DNA from: Hydrolagus affinis
Lineage: Eukaryota
DNA length: 64,000 bases
Assembly: GCA_012026655.1 (NCBI GenBank)
Contig: JAAILG010001530.1
Span: 1-64,000, forward strand
Direction: 5' to 3'
Shown here: positions 13,281 to 27,088 of the stretch, one piece after another
How the letters are laid out: every line of letters begins with the position of its first letter
How positions within the stretch are numbered: the first letter of the stretch is position 1
The notes under the pieces: model-generated
Told to the model about the DNA's origin: nothing
What the model saw: the letters and a program-made list of their open reading frames with translations, nothing else
The model's database searches: none
Translations under genes and position numbers: made by a program

Positions 13281-14084
13281 ATTCAATCTTTGTGAGGTTT
13301 ATCCAATTCTATCCATTCTCACCTGTGCTTCTGGCATCATAGACAATTATAGCCAACCCCATCACCCATGCAACTTTTGATGAGTTAAATTAACCCACCA
13401 CGGGCAGATGTGTCTAGACTGACACTCCAGTAGCAGGGTTTCCATGTAACAGGAGGAAACATATTGCATGTTCACTATGTACTCCATGGAAAAAATAAAC
13501 TAGCAAATTAAACTGAAGTTGAATTCAGCCTTTGGGATCTGCTGTTTTACATACGTTTTTGTTTCCATGGTTTTTTATGACTTTTACCAGAACTCCAATG
13601 CAATTACATTTCAATAACTCATTGTCATTGAGCTATAAAAGACAGCTTGATGCTGTGATGGGAAGATGGTGAGGTGGGTATTCTGGAAGGATGAAATCAA
13701 ATGGGCTGAAGGGCTTGCTTCATCCAGAGCAGTACTGTGATCTAATCTGTCATCAATCAGGCATCTTGAAAGCTGTGCTTAAGTATGTCATGTGGATGTT
13801 CTCAATTTTAGATTAAGGGCATTTCTGAGGATTGCAGAACACAGAGAGAAGAGAGAGAGGAGAGGTCTGGGGTTGGGAAATAAATGGCATATTTTATTGA
13901 CTATTGCAATTTTTAAAATTATATTTCTTAAATATAATACAGTAGGGCTTTATGCTCGTGCCTCTCCATTTTAAAAACAACAACAAAATTACGTTTGTAT
14001 ATATAGGACCTTTCACGTCGGGAGGATGTCCCAAGGCGCTGTTTTAATATCTACACGCTGCCACTCGGTGCAGAGGTTTAACAG

Positions 14085-15045
14085 GTTCGATGAAATCCGA
14101 CTCTTATCTCTCTGCCTCCACCCTCGACTCTAGGACCATTGCTATACCGACTGATTGCCTGTCGGACATCAAGTCCTGAATGAGAGCAGCTTTCTCCAGT
14201 TGAATGTGACAAGACCGAGGCTCTACCTCTTGACTCCTGTTTGCACCTTCTCACCTCTGGTGCTGACAGCATCAATCTAAATGGATGCACACTCCCTCTC
14301 ATGGAGCCTGTGTGGAACCTCAGTATCTTGCTCGACTCAACTCTCCTTTAAACCTCACATTTGTGCTCTGACCCACTCCGCTTTCTCCCAGCTCCATAAC
14401 ATTGCTTGTCTCTGCCATTATCTCTCCCTCAGGTCACCCTAATCCATGTTTTCATCATGTCCAGTTAAAATTAAACCAACAGGTGTTTGCTCACCTGTCT
14501 TTTACAAGCTGAAGAACTCTACATTGTGTGTCCTTTCTTGTGAGCCTCGCCCGGTTCTATTGTCTCTCTGTCCCCCAGCAGATCGAGTTCAGGATCCTCA
14601 TCCTAACATTTAAATCCCTCCATGTTCTTGCCCCACCCTACCTCTGAACTCCTCAAACTCTGCAAAGTCGACTACTCCCTCCGCTGAGCTGCCATTGACC
14701 AGCGCCTTGGGACAGCCTCCTGACGTGAAAGGCGCTATACAAGTGTAATTTTGTTGTTGCTAACATTCCCTGTCCTAACCCCCACCACCACCACCATCAG
14801 TGGTCAAGCTTTCAGCCTTTCTGCAACCACTCTCTGGATCTCCATCCCACAGTCCCTTAGACTCACTCCAACCCTTGACTCTTTCAAGGTCTACCTCAAG
14901 ACCTTCCTCTTTGACCATGCTTTTAACCATCTTTACCCACCACCCCATCGCCCCCAACCCTAGCCTGGCTGCAATCCCTGGACTTTCCAGGGCCTTGGGA
15001 CATCCTCCCAATGTGAAAGTGCTGTATAAATGTTATTTTGTATTG
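14085..15045 (+). mobile_element. Degenerate L2 ORF2 and 3' end with a nested tail-only insert at 14701-14758
   Basis: SGQAFSLSATTLWISIPQSLR...FKVYLKTFLF; family B tail. Confidence 0.8.
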
Positions 15046-15500
15046 TACAAATGTGAGGACTATTTGGAACATATTGCAGCAAGTGCTCAGCATTTCAGAA
15101 TAATTTCCAACTGAGAAAGTGTTATTCTTTTGAAAGAAACCGAACGATTACATTAACTAAGGGGCCATTTAATCCTATTCCTTCCAATATCACTGCTTTA
15201 ATGTATAAAATACAATTTTTTTTAAATTGCGTTGAACAAAATTAAGTTATGGGTTTACCAGAGGCTGGAGGTGAAGGTGGACAACAGGGTTGAAGGCCAC
15301 GTTGCCTTTATTTAAATTTCCAGCTTCCAGAACAACCATGAAAAGATATTTCTGGGATTCATTGCGGAGTCTAAGTTTATGAAGTGCTCCCCTCAGTCAA
15401 CTTTGTCTTGCCTCTGCAGATAGTCTGCTTATAGCCACCCCTCCTAAGCCACTTTCTCTCCTTACCCTTACTCCTTACATATCCTATACTCCTTATATGT

Positions 15501-15810
15501 GGAGTCCTGCAGCTCAGTGGTTAGAGCACTCGCCTTACAAATGTGAGACCTGTGTTCGAATCTAGGCAGGTCAGGGCAAAACCTTGATCAAGTTTCCTTA
15601 CTCCACACGCCTAATAATAATTCCTCCAAAAAAAAACACAATAATAAAATTGGTAATTTCAATCCACGACTGTTTGTGGGACACTACTATGCGCAATTGG
15701 CTGCCGCGTTTCGCCCACAAATATACAGTCAATTCACTTTACAGTATAATATTCTGTGAGACGTCTAGAAGACGTGAAAAGCGCTATATCAAATTCAAGG
15801 ATTATTATTA
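15501..15810 (+). mobile_element. tRNA-derived SINE (family A), full length
   Basis: ggagtcctgcagctcagtggttagagcactcgccttacaa..gttcgaatc head (Val-TAC-like loop); (ATT)n tail. Confidence 0.92.
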
Positions 15811-16985
15811 TATTATGGGGGTGCCCCGTTAGGAAACTGGTACCTTGTGTTGGGATGTGTGAATGCTCCTGATATTAGCTGATCTTGTGTGGCCTGACGT
15901 GTGGACGTGGGTGGAGTCTGTGAATGAACGCTGAGTGACTCAGAGAGTTATTTCATTCCTTTGAGATACGATCCTGAAAGGTTTGCACAATCCTGCCAAG
16001 CATCATCCTGGGCTCGAAGGAGCGATAGTTTGAAGTTTGCAATGACAGATCAAAATGATCCACTCCTCTCAGCACAGAACAGAGCGAGTGAGCGCCGGGG
16101 GTGTCTTTCCCTCAATATTAAAGTTACAAAGGCCGCAAGGTGCAAATCTATTGGAATGCCTCCAGCCAGTTAGCAGTCTGCGAAGCCTGGAATTCACTTT
16201 CAGTCTCGAAGAATATTTCTGCTTATTTTTGTAGTTTCAGCTGTTTAGTCGAAGTGTCAGATCTTAATGTTTTATTTATATTGCTTCTGACTGCTCTGCT
16301 TGTGATCTTTCCTTTTTTGTCTTCGAAAGCCTGAGTTGTCTGGATTTTGCAGTCAGACTTGTGAAGCAAGAGGAAGCAGTTCTCTTTGCACATGAGTCTT
16401 TCAGCTGGTCTTACGTTTGTCAGCTCTGTCTGCTTATTTTCTGGAACATTTTTCCCCCTAAATTAGACATTTCTGTCTGGTAATAGATTGTGCCATGTAT
16501 GGAGACAAAAAGAATAACATGAACAGCTTTCTCCTCTTTGTAAGCTTGTGTCTTTAGGAAATCTGTTTAACATACTGTAACTGTAGTATGTTATAGTCTA
16601 ACTAGTAATATTATGGATCATTTTGTGATGTTGTTGTATGATATGTGTTATGCCCTGAATCAGTTGTTTGATATGAGACCCAGACACGCAACTATTTATT
16701 GCTGCTTATAAGTAACCATATAAGGAAATAACTGGATGGCCATTCTGTGTAGCCCAGGTCAACAGTGACAGCTGCCCCAAAGTGATCTGGAGGCCACAGG
16801 ATGGATACCTTGGGTAAAGGGGATTGGTGCAGCAGAGAGCACTCTATGTGATTGAGGTTCAGTTACAGCAGAACAGAGGGTGTGATCATCTGCAGTTAGC
16901 TGTGCCTGACATGAGAAAGTGTTCCATTTCATTTGCTAAAACTCCCCCACTTTAAGCACAAAATGCACCTCCAAAAATGACATGT

Positions 16986-17048
16986 GGAGGTGGTGCGGGG
17001 TGGGGTTGGGGGGGGGGAAGGGGGAAGGGGGAGGGGAGGGGGCGCGGG
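16986..17048 (+). repeat. G-run tract with G-quadruplex potential
   Basis: Eight runs of 3 or more G separated by short spacers (1-2 nt, except the last). Confidence 0.7.
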
Positions 17049-17837
17049 TAACTGAACACTTTAGTCAAAGAATAAGTGAACTACATTACTGCTGCTTTAC
17101 AGAATTTGTAAACTCATTTATAGTAAATTGCGGTAATCTATTCTAACGTGGAGATACATAGATTAATGTTTTAAGATTAATGATAATAATTTCATTAAGC
17201 AGTGTACAGGGAATCTTAGATTCTCCTCACAGAAACAGGTCATTTGGCCCATCAGTTACGTTTTGTAACGTGATATAGGTTCAGTTACAATGGGAATAGA
17301 TCGGGAGCTTGTAAGTGGGAGAGAAGCAAAGTAGAAGCTTGAATTATGTTTCAATTAATAACAACAAACCACATGTTCCTCGGGTTTTAGATTTTTTTCA
17401 CTGATGAGAACCACCAGTATGAGTTGCTTGCAGGCTCTTGGGTTGACTAATTCTGCAATATTTTATTCCTCGGCCATTCTTTAATTGTGACCCCTTTCAT
17501 CAGAAGCTCTTAAGAAAGCCGATCCAAGAGTTCTACACTAATCACCAGCTTTGCTTCACGGTTGAGCAAAAGGGGGAATAAACAGCATAGATTTAAACCC
17601 CAGGCTAAGCTGTTCTCAATTTACACAATCCTGGGTTTGAGTTTGTGATGATGAAAGGACTAAAGAGATAGAATAAACCTGTATTTTAGCAGTGATCGGA
17701 GCCGCGGCTGTTGATAACAACCTGTTCAGAGGAAGTTTTTTGTACCGTGTGTTCAAACAAATGTTTCCCTGCGAACGGGCAGTTTGTATGTTGGAATATT
17801 TCTGTTATTTACGAATAGAAGAGGCACAAGGTATGAG

Positions 17838-17966
17838 AGACAAAATGCAAAACACTGCAGATACTGGAAATCTGAAAACAAAACAGAAATCGCTGAGAAC
17901 ACTCAGCAGGTCAGGCAGCATCTATGGAGAAAGAAACATTTCGGGTCCACGACCCTTCATCAGAAT
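17838..17966 (-). mobile_element. Penelope-like element terminal remnant
   Basis: ctgcagatactggaaatctgaaaacaaaacagaaa..actcagcaggtcaggcagcatc motif; minus strand begins with a CTGATGA..GAAA hammerhead-like core; second copy on + at about 49245-49365. Confidence 0.65.
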
Positions 17967-19061
17967 AGACATGAGAGGTTTGGATAAAGAATGTCCTTCA
18001 ATCCCCTCACCTGAACCTTCCCCTCACCCACCATGCCAACAACTTCCTTTGACAGCAAGAAGCTTTTGTTTAAGTAGTGTCCTGCCATCAACTTCTCTTT
18101 AACTCTCTGTTTAAACCAATTTTTCCTGTCCAAACATTTCTCTTCACGGCCCTGTGAAAATGCCCTCTTATCCTGGTGCCTCAACATATCTGAAGCATTG
18201 TTTGGGGGTTTATGTTCTCTCCCCATTAGCATCTCAGAGGATGCTTGTATTTTAATTGTGACTAAAATGCATTTAACCCGACGTAGCCTGAATACAAATC
18301 AACTTCCCTGGAGAATAAAACACCTGCTCCAGCAATAATATATTTCAACAAGTCAGACACATTAACGGTCTCAAAAATTGGAGTGGAGAGAAGAAAGAGA
18401 TCTTTCTTTATTGGGTGGTGGGTGGAGTGGGGGTGGCGGGGGGAATTTACCTCTTTTGTTATGTTTTTCATGTTTTATTCTTGATTTTTTTTTTCACCTT
18501 GTAAAATGGATATAAACAGGGAACCCTGTGCTGGCACTGAGCTGTTGTCATCTAGAAATACTGCAGATTGTTAGTAGATTTCCACAATTGGCAGCCGAAC
18601 GATCACATACATTCCTGACCAAACAAAAGCATCTGGTGCAAAAAGATTTTCTTCCCAGTAGGACAGATGTTCTGAACATTAGTAATTTCACATGTTTTTA
18701 TATCACTCTGGTATCTGCTTCAATTTTTCATAATACATTTTGAAACTCCAGTGGGGGGAATTTAAATGGAGGTTTATGCAGAAACAAATAGCTGCAGGAT
18801 GGTTCATTAAAGTCAAACAACTGTTTTGGAGCAAATGCTCCCATGTTTCAGAACTTAATACCATTGAAATCTCTTCTAATATCAGCCCAGTTTGTAACAT
18901 AAGGTAGCTTTATGCCATTTGATGGCTTTTATTCAAATCCCAACTTTCCTTGTAACCTTGGGACGACGTCCTGACGTGAAAGGCACTATACAAGTGTACT
19001 TTTGTTGTTGTTATTGTAAGTGGTCAACTCTTCTGCATTCACTGTGCATGTGCACACCTAG

Positions 19062-19352
19062 ACAACAACAACAGCAAAATTACATTTATAGAGCGCCTTT
19101 CACGTCGGGAGGACATCCCAAGGCACTGTACAGTCAGGTCAGGACCGAAGCAAGGGGGAGGGGCAGAGGAGGGAGAGAGTTAAGAGGGCAGAGAGAGCGT
19201 TAGGAGGGGAGAGAGAGAGTTGGGAGGGCAGCAGTAGGCAAGTTCGAAGAAGAGGGTCTTGAGGCCGGCTTTGAAGGAGGCAATGGAGGAAGCGAGGCGA
19301 AGGGACTGTGGGATGGAATTCCGGAGTGTGGGGGCAGACAGGCTGAAGGAAG
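19062..19352 (-). mobile_element. L2-type LINE 3' fragment (family B)
   Basis: FSLSAPTLRNSIPQSLRL..FKAGLKTLFF; (CAA)n tail on +. Confidence 0.85.
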
Positions 19353-19926
19353 TGATAGTAGTGGCAACTGATATCCCAGAAGTCACTATATTAGAGTATA
19401 GGAAGACATCTTGCAATATGAAACAAGATGTATTTTGAACCAAGCCGGCCAGCTTTCTGTGCTCATTTCAGATTTTGGGATCATATGAGTGGATTGTACT
19501 CCTCAAGCGAGCTCTGAAGCAAACCCACAGTATAATGAACTGTGCTTTAACAGGGTGCTACTGTATGATTTTTTCGACAAATAGCTTCATAGCTCCACTT
19601 AGACACGAGTGGAATGTTTTATTGCCCCCAGACCATCTGGGCAGAAAATATAAAATTGTTCACGGACCACCTGCTCCCATTTTTAAAATTACATTATTCT
19701 GTAAAGTTTTAAATCGTTCCCTCCCTTGTTCCTCGTGACTGCATCCCACACTCCAAGTAACAGACCATAAATACAAGCTCTTGAGCATTTTCAAATCTGC
19801 AATGTTAGCATTATACAAAAAACATATCTTCCTGAAAATTGCCAGCAGTTTGGGTGAATCTAAACTTTGTCATCAGTGAAATACAACCATGTGGGCAAAG
19901 TCAACAGAAGAAAACTGCAGGATTCA

Positions 19927-20211
19927 ACTCGCTTTTACAAGCGTGAGACCTGTATTCGAATCCAGGCAGATGAGGGCAAAACCTTGGGCAAGCTTCCTTA
20001 CTCCACATGCCTAATAATAATCTATCCAAAAAAAACCAATAATAAATATTGGTCATTTTCAATTCACGACTGCTGTGCGCAATTGTCTGCTGCGTTTTGC
20101 CCACAAATATATAATATATACAGTCAATTCACTTTACAGTATATTCTGTGAAGCACTTTGAGACGTTGATAAGATGTGAAAATCTCATATCGAATGCAAG
20201 GATTATTATTA
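19927..20211 (+). mobile_element. tRNA-derived SINE (family A)
   Basis: Same body and tail; head truncated. Confidence 0.88.
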
Positions 20212-21524
20212 GGCCTATTAGTTTAAGTCATAGACCAACACTTACCAATCCTTTCCTCCCCTGCTCTAAAGAGGTTCTGATGCCCATTGCCATAACACTG
20301 TAGATCGGTTCCTAATTTTTTTTTTGTCAGCTGGGTGTCTAAACACAATGTGGAAATCTCGCACCATTCTTAAGAGTATTCAGATCAGGCTGAGAATTTC
20401 CATGTACACCACCTACATTTGGAAATTCCTGTGACTGGTGTGGAATGCGCACTCCCTTCAGAGGGAATCATCCTGTTTATCTGATTCCGGAGATTGGTAG
20501 ATGCAGGCTGGCAAGAGTCGAAGCTTGGGGGCCCCAGAGTGTGCGTTGTGGGTTCTCCTATAAAACCGCAGAGCTTGTCATTGAGAGCGCTCAATGTCAA
20601 ATGAGGAGCACCCTATCTGTAAGGATTTGGGCACACAGGGATAACAGGAACTGAGTGGGAAGAATGCCTGCTGATGATGACGAGCCCAGCTGGCTGGTCC
20701 ATTACCAGCAGTGCCCTATATAGTGGACTTGCCAGGCTCAGGAATTGGGCATCTGAGATATCAGTTCCTAATGTCAAACAAGATTTATTTTAAGCAGAAT
20801 ATGTCTCACACCCTTGACAACACATTGAACTGTAGTTTTATTCATCACAAGTGACTCTTTTGGTCGGAATCCCAGCAGTGCATCATCCAGTGCCAGGTGA
20901 CATAAACCTATTACAGTGAGTGAGAAACGGTATGTAATCACAGGGAACAGAAAGGTAGGAGTTACTCATTCTTATATCTTTGTTTCTTATCAAGTGCTGT
21001 ATATTGGAAGAAGGGGAGAGGTACAGTGTGTGTAGATTAATTGTAGCGTGTATTTTAAGCTTTAATATGAGATAGTGAGGAGTAGAAAGCCAATCACTTT
21101 TGTCTCCTCCGAGGAGCATAAAACCTGTTTGTCAGCCTTGCTCAACAGTGCTTGGTAAGTAGACTTCTGTATCGGAAGGCTGTAGATTCACTCCCCATAT
21201 CAGAGCTTCAGCACATTGTCTAGGCTGACCATCCATTGGTGTGGGAGACATCTCATTTGTCCCCCGCTGAGCAGCAGCCTTGGTTGATACCTGGAAGCCC
21301 CGACCCACAGCATGTGTGTAATGCAAGGTGACTAAAGAGGAAACAAATATATAATTTGCGGAGGCAGCAGAAGTAGAAACTGGTAAAGGATCTTTTCCTT
21401 CCCTCAGACCAGTACAGAGGCTGAGATTAACATGCGACAGTGGAAGGAAACCATAATTTAGGATGAATGCAGATACTTTTTACTCTTGATTCTGCATTGT
21501 TTCATATTAGATTCTGGATTAGCT

Positions 21525-21726
21525 GGAATCCTGTAGCTCAGTGGTTAGAGCACTTGCCTTACAAGCATGAACCTGTGTTCGAATCCAGGCAGGTCCGGGC
21601 CAAAACTTGGGCAAGTTTCCTTATTCCACACGCCTAATAATCCATCCAAAAATAAACATACTAACAAAATTGACCATTTCAATCCATGACTGTTTGTGGG
21701 ATACTGTTGTGTGCAGTTGGCTGCCA
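21525..21726 (+). mobile_element. tRNA-derived SINE (family A), tail missing
   Basis: Intact A and B boxes and body. Confidence 0.85.
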
Positions 21727-22892
21727 AGTTTAATTTCACAACTTCTAGGACATGACATTGTGCGCCATTGTACCCAATTTTCACTCTGTCGGTAAGTATT
21801 TCAGCATGTTATTCATTAAATATTCAGCATGTCAACAATCCACTTTATTGTCCCTTCAATACAGTCTGAAAAGATTCAACCTGACCCCTGTAATGGTCTA
21901 CAATTATCATCCCTTTCCTTCTTCTGCACTAAGAGCTGAGAGCTGAATTAGATTGATTATAACAATGAGCAGAGGGACCATAATTCAGATTACTAAGAGG
22001 AGACATGACCAACAGCTGTCAGTATCGATTTAATGCTGCTGTCTGTTTTAGGGTAGAGAGGATACAGGATATAAGTGGGTTTAATTGAAGTAGATTATAC
22101 CTTTGGTAATGTCCAACTGCAATTCCAGTCCCCAATTATACTGCCATACGAATTGTGTATCAGTTGTTTTATATTGTACTTGAGCAAATTATAGGAGGGT
22201 TGACAGAGCCTTTGGATCTTTTCTGTAACCTTCCAGAGTTGAGAGGAAAACAGAAAATGAGTCTTAACTTTGTCTGAAAATCCTTTCTTTTATTACTCCA
22301 AACAATATAATACATATCAGTGCACTTCGGTATGGCAAGCCAGGTATTGATATAATGTCATTCCATGTTTAATTTGACCACTTCCAGGAGAGGAAATTGT
22401 GCTTGAATATACCCAAATTTCATTCTATGAGTTAATTATTCCAGCGTGTTACTCAACAATCCATTTCTTGCCTTATTGCCTCCCTAATTAGTCTGAAAGT
22501 GCAGAATAACAAGCGCCCACACAAAATAATCAGTCAATCCACTTTACAGCATATCCTGTGAAATGCTTTGAGACGTCCCAATGATGTGATAAAGCGCTGT
22601 ATCAAATGCAAGGATTATTATTATTATTAATGGGTTAACTGGTGTCCATCAAAAGCAGATTCCACTCTTTAAATTTCAGTCCTGGATAAAATAATGGATG
22701 CTAATGAAACTGACTCGGTGTCAGCCTGGCACTCTCGCCTCTTAAATCACAAGGTTGTGGGTTCAAACCACATGTCAGGACTTTGAACTCATAGAGAGTG
22801 GAGGGTGTTGCATTGTTGGAAGTGCTGTTCTTCTTAAACTGAGATCACACCTCTGTCAGATCAGATGGACGTTAAACACCGGTTGTTCCCCA

Positions 22893-23152
22893 ATCCTGTA
22901 GCCCAATGGTTAGAGCACTCGCCTTAACGTGCAAGAGACCTAGGTTCAATTCTAAGCAGGGTGAAACCTTTCGCAAGTTTCCTTATTCCACACGTCTTGA
23001 TAATATCCCTCAAAAATAGCAATAATAAATTTATTCGCCCACAAATATGCAGTCAATTCCCTTTACAGAATATTCTGTGAAGCGCTTTGAAACATGTTCA
23101 TGAAATAATATACCTATTAAAAGCGCTATATCAAATGCAAGGATTATTATTA
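22893..23152 (+). mobile_element. tRNA-derived SINE (family A) with internal deletion
   Basis: Head and tail present; central gctgtgcgcaattgg block deleted. Confidence 0.85.
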
Positions 23153-26100
23153 GTATCCTGGTGGGGGTGTGAATCACTTCCAGCAGCAGGGGATTCCAGA
23201 ATGAAAACTATTTATATTTCTTATGCTCTATGTTACTCTCGACATCTCCTTTTGAAAGTTAGTGTAGACCCAACCTTAAGAATGACTCTAATGAGATTAA
23301 TAACCTTAAGAGCAATCCGATGGGTCATCCAACAAATGTTAAGGTAAATTTTTGCATGTTCAAAAGTTGTTTAAAATTGCCTTCATTGTAAACCACACTT
23401 GAAAGATTCCGAATCTAATCAATGCTCCCATCATCTGATTTATATTGCACTTTCAGTATTGATGAGGCAAGACATTTCTATTGAACGCACGGGAAAGTTT
23501 TGGTATAAATGGCCTATTACACGCTGTGATCAGCGAGTGATGAGCCCTTGTAGACTTTTCTTGTCGTCAGCATTTTTAGGTGTATTATTTCATGAACTCC
23601 TGGTGTTCAAATGATGAGAATTCCCTGTGTGTGTGACTTTAATTTGTACTCTGTCCCTTTATAATGTGTTATTACCACAATAATAATAAATATAATCCTT
23701 GCATTTACTATAGGACCATTCATGTCGGGATGATATATCAAAGTGTTTCATAGGATTTACTGTAATGTGTAGGAATCACAATGGCAGTGACCATGATTTA
23801 GAGGCAGATATTTGCGATACCTCTATAATTGCGCTAAGTACATTCACTAGAGCGTACAAAACATTTATAAGCACTGGGAGCTTTTTTTGTGATAGAAATA
23901 TGTCGTGAGGAATAAATAACTCAATGAGTCCCTTTATTCCATTAGATGTTTCATTCTTTGTTGCCTGGCTTTGCCTCCCTCTCCTTGTTGCTGCTGTTGA
24001 GGCCAGTGATTGTTCTAGCAGGCTGTTTTGGGCTGCTTTCTCTCAGTGGAAAGATCTTGGTACATCTCCTTTGATCTGCAAATTACTTATGTTCAAATTA
24101 TTTCTTGGTGTTGGTGCACCCAGCACTCCCATACGGAAGAACAGAAGGAACTCTGTTCCATTATGATGTTCTTTTGTATGCGCATTGTTTGCTAACTTCA
24201 CCAGCTGATGTGTGTGTGTGTGTGTGTGTATGTATAGGGATTAATACCGATGATCTTTTTGCTCACTGATTTAAAGTGGCAGAAAAGTGCATTCTTATAT
24301 TAATCGATTTCCTTTTATTCACTTATTCTACTCTTAATGGGGAAGAAGAAGCTAGAAAATGAGCAGATGAGGAGATATTTTTCACACAAAGGGTGGTTAG
24401 GATATGGCACACTCTACCAAGATTGGTGGCTGAGATAGAATCTATATTAACTTTCATAAACAAATTAGTTAGATATCTAAAACCTCGGGGATATGCGGAA
24501 AAAACAGGTAAATGGGACTGAAATAATTGCTCTTAAAAAGAGCTGTACAGGCATGATGGCCCTAATAATAATAATTTTGCACCTGATATTGTGTCTTATT
24601 ACGTCTTCGAGATGTCTCAAAACGCTGCACAAAGTACACTGTAAAGTGAATTGACTGTATAGTATGTCAAAATCCTGGTCGTCGCCTTCAAGTCTTTGCT
24701 TTTTCTTACCTCTGTGACCATATTAACCTATCAGCTCCCTGCGCTCAGCAGGCATCAGCCTCTCTGCCCTCACCCTTAGGAACTCCCATCTCACAGTCCC
24801 TTTGTTTTGTTCCCTCCCTTACCTCCTTCAAGGTCCAATTTGACCTTCCTCTTCGACCATGCCTTTGTCCACCCTCCTGCCCCTATCCTGCCCCTATCCT
24901 CCACTCCTGATCGCAACCCCCGGCTCGTCCAAATCCCTGACTGTCCAGTGCCTTCGGATGTGGAAGTAAATGTAAATGTAATTTGTTGTCATTGTTTAAG
25001 ATTCCTTCCTGACTTGAAAGGTGCTACAGCAACTGTAAGGGATTATTTCTTTATTATTTGTATGTATTTATACTGATTATGTATGGAAGGATCCTTCTGT
25101 CCAGCTGAAGATTATACCCAAAGTGGCAAGTTAATTGCAAAGTCCCATCAGGATTTTTACTAGTTAACCATGTTGTGGAATGTGCACTTGGTATCCTCTC
25201 CATTACTGACTGAATGGCTGCACACATGAATACTATGGATATTGTGTTCAAGTTGCTTGCAACCAAAATTAACTTTGAAGCCCGTTGGCTGTGGCCCAGT
25301 GGGGCACTAAGTATTTGCAATGCGACAAACGTTTTTCATTCTGTCCTTGGTGAGGGTTGTAGGATAACTGGCCAGTGTCATTAATCATGAGATGCTTTGC
25401 AAACCATAAATGTCAAACTACGTTAATAAATCAATAAGAGAGATTTTGCAGCAGTATCTCTTATCTCAGCCGACCATCTAGATGACGATTAGTTTGCCAT
25501 TGCTTCCTCCTCACAAATTTGTGAGGTTTCAGTAAAAGAAATAGATTTTAAAGATTATTTTTGGTTTGAATTTATTTGTCTGAAAGTGATCGGTCCTCCT
25601 GAACAGTTTATTGTTTTTTTTTGTCAGGCTATTCATGGGTTTAAAGCTACATTACTCCGAGTTGTTTGTTGTTCTGTAAAACCCCATCAAACGTTTCATG
25701 ACGGGGGAGAACGATGTTATTAAAAATTCGCCTGTCAAAAATGACAACAGATTTTGATGTAATATCTTTCTCCCAGCCTATTGGTGGGTGTGCTTGTTGC
25801 ATTCCTGGGTTTAAACCACGGATGCTCATGAGAACTAACTTAAATGGGAAGCTGTTGTAATGGGAGTGTAGAGTTTCCATCAATTTATGCTGCATTTTGC
25901 CCATAAAATACACAGTCAATTCACTTTGCAGTATATTCTGTGAAGTGCTTTTTGAGACGTCTTGAAGACGCGATAAAGGTCTATATCGAATTAACGGATT
26001 ATTATTATCAGTACGGTGTCTCTAACCTAGGATGCATCCAGAAGACGTGAAAAATGCTATAACAAAGGCAAAGATTATTATGCTTTAGTGATTATTGTCA

Positions 26101-26374
26101 CTTGAAGTGCGCATTCAGTTCAATTCCCTGTTGGGCTCAGTCCTTTAGTTCAATGTCATGGTGCTTTATGTTTAAGCAATATAATAGACTGCATAAGAAC
26201 CAGAATCTGTGCTTTGAGACATATTGACGGGATGTTATTGTGCAGTACCAGATGAAAGGAATATTATTTATACTATTTATTTGAAAGTGTAGTCAGTATT
26301 AATTATAGACATCTATTGACTCACTGATAGCTGGGACGCCCTCCTGATGTAAAAGGTGCTGTATCCCGCTTCAA

Positions 26375-26770
26375 AACTCTCCTCTTCGATGGTCCCATCG
26401 ACAGCTCCTAATCCCCCTCCCGCCCCAACCTCTCCCTCCCCATCCCATCCCCAGCTCGAGTCTGACACAGTGACTGTCCAACACCTTGAGACATCCTCCT
26501 GACATGAAAGGCGCTATACAAGTGTAGTATTGTTGTTGTTGTTGTTGTTGACATGCTGTACTACCCTGCAGCTCTACATGGCAGCGGTCTCTGACAACGA
26601 GCAAGTAGGGAGGTGACTAATTATGATTTAAAAAGTCTTTGGGTGTGATTTCCCAGCTGGGGTAGAAGGATCAAGGCGGCGGGATTGAGGGGAAGAGATC
26701 CAGAGTTTCGGGGGTAGTGGCTGGAGGAACGGCCACCGATAGAGGAACGGAGGAGGGCATTAGGGACAAA
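26375..26770. mobile_element. Two L2 fragments, + strand (26375-26550) and - strand (26600-26770)
   Basis: Family B tail with (TTG)n; ggaacggccaccgat is the reverse complement of IGGRSF-like coding sequence. Confidence 0.75.
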
Positions 26771-27088
26771 CAAAGTTCCAATCATTGATCCATTGATGGA
26801 GAGGGTCGTCTCACATTGATCTCCCGCACCGCAAAGGCAATCACTGCTGGAAGGAACTGGCTAAAGCAGCAGTACTGATGATGTGCATTATATAAAGTGG
26901 TACCATACACAGATAACAGGCCTGCAATCCCAATCCTGGGTTAAGTTGATTTCATGCTTACATTTGATGTTATCTTAGTGAGATTGCTGCCTTGTAATGA
27001 AACCCCAGGCTCTTTCTTATCCTGAACTCTTTTGGCTAATAATAATAATAATCCATATACATTTCAAATCATGTAGCACCTTGTTCTT

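Noticed and set aside
15501-15570. tRNA-Val-like genes (also 56446, 61230-61278 and others)
   Set aside because: These are SINE heads: there is no acceptor-stem closure, and most run directly into the SINE body
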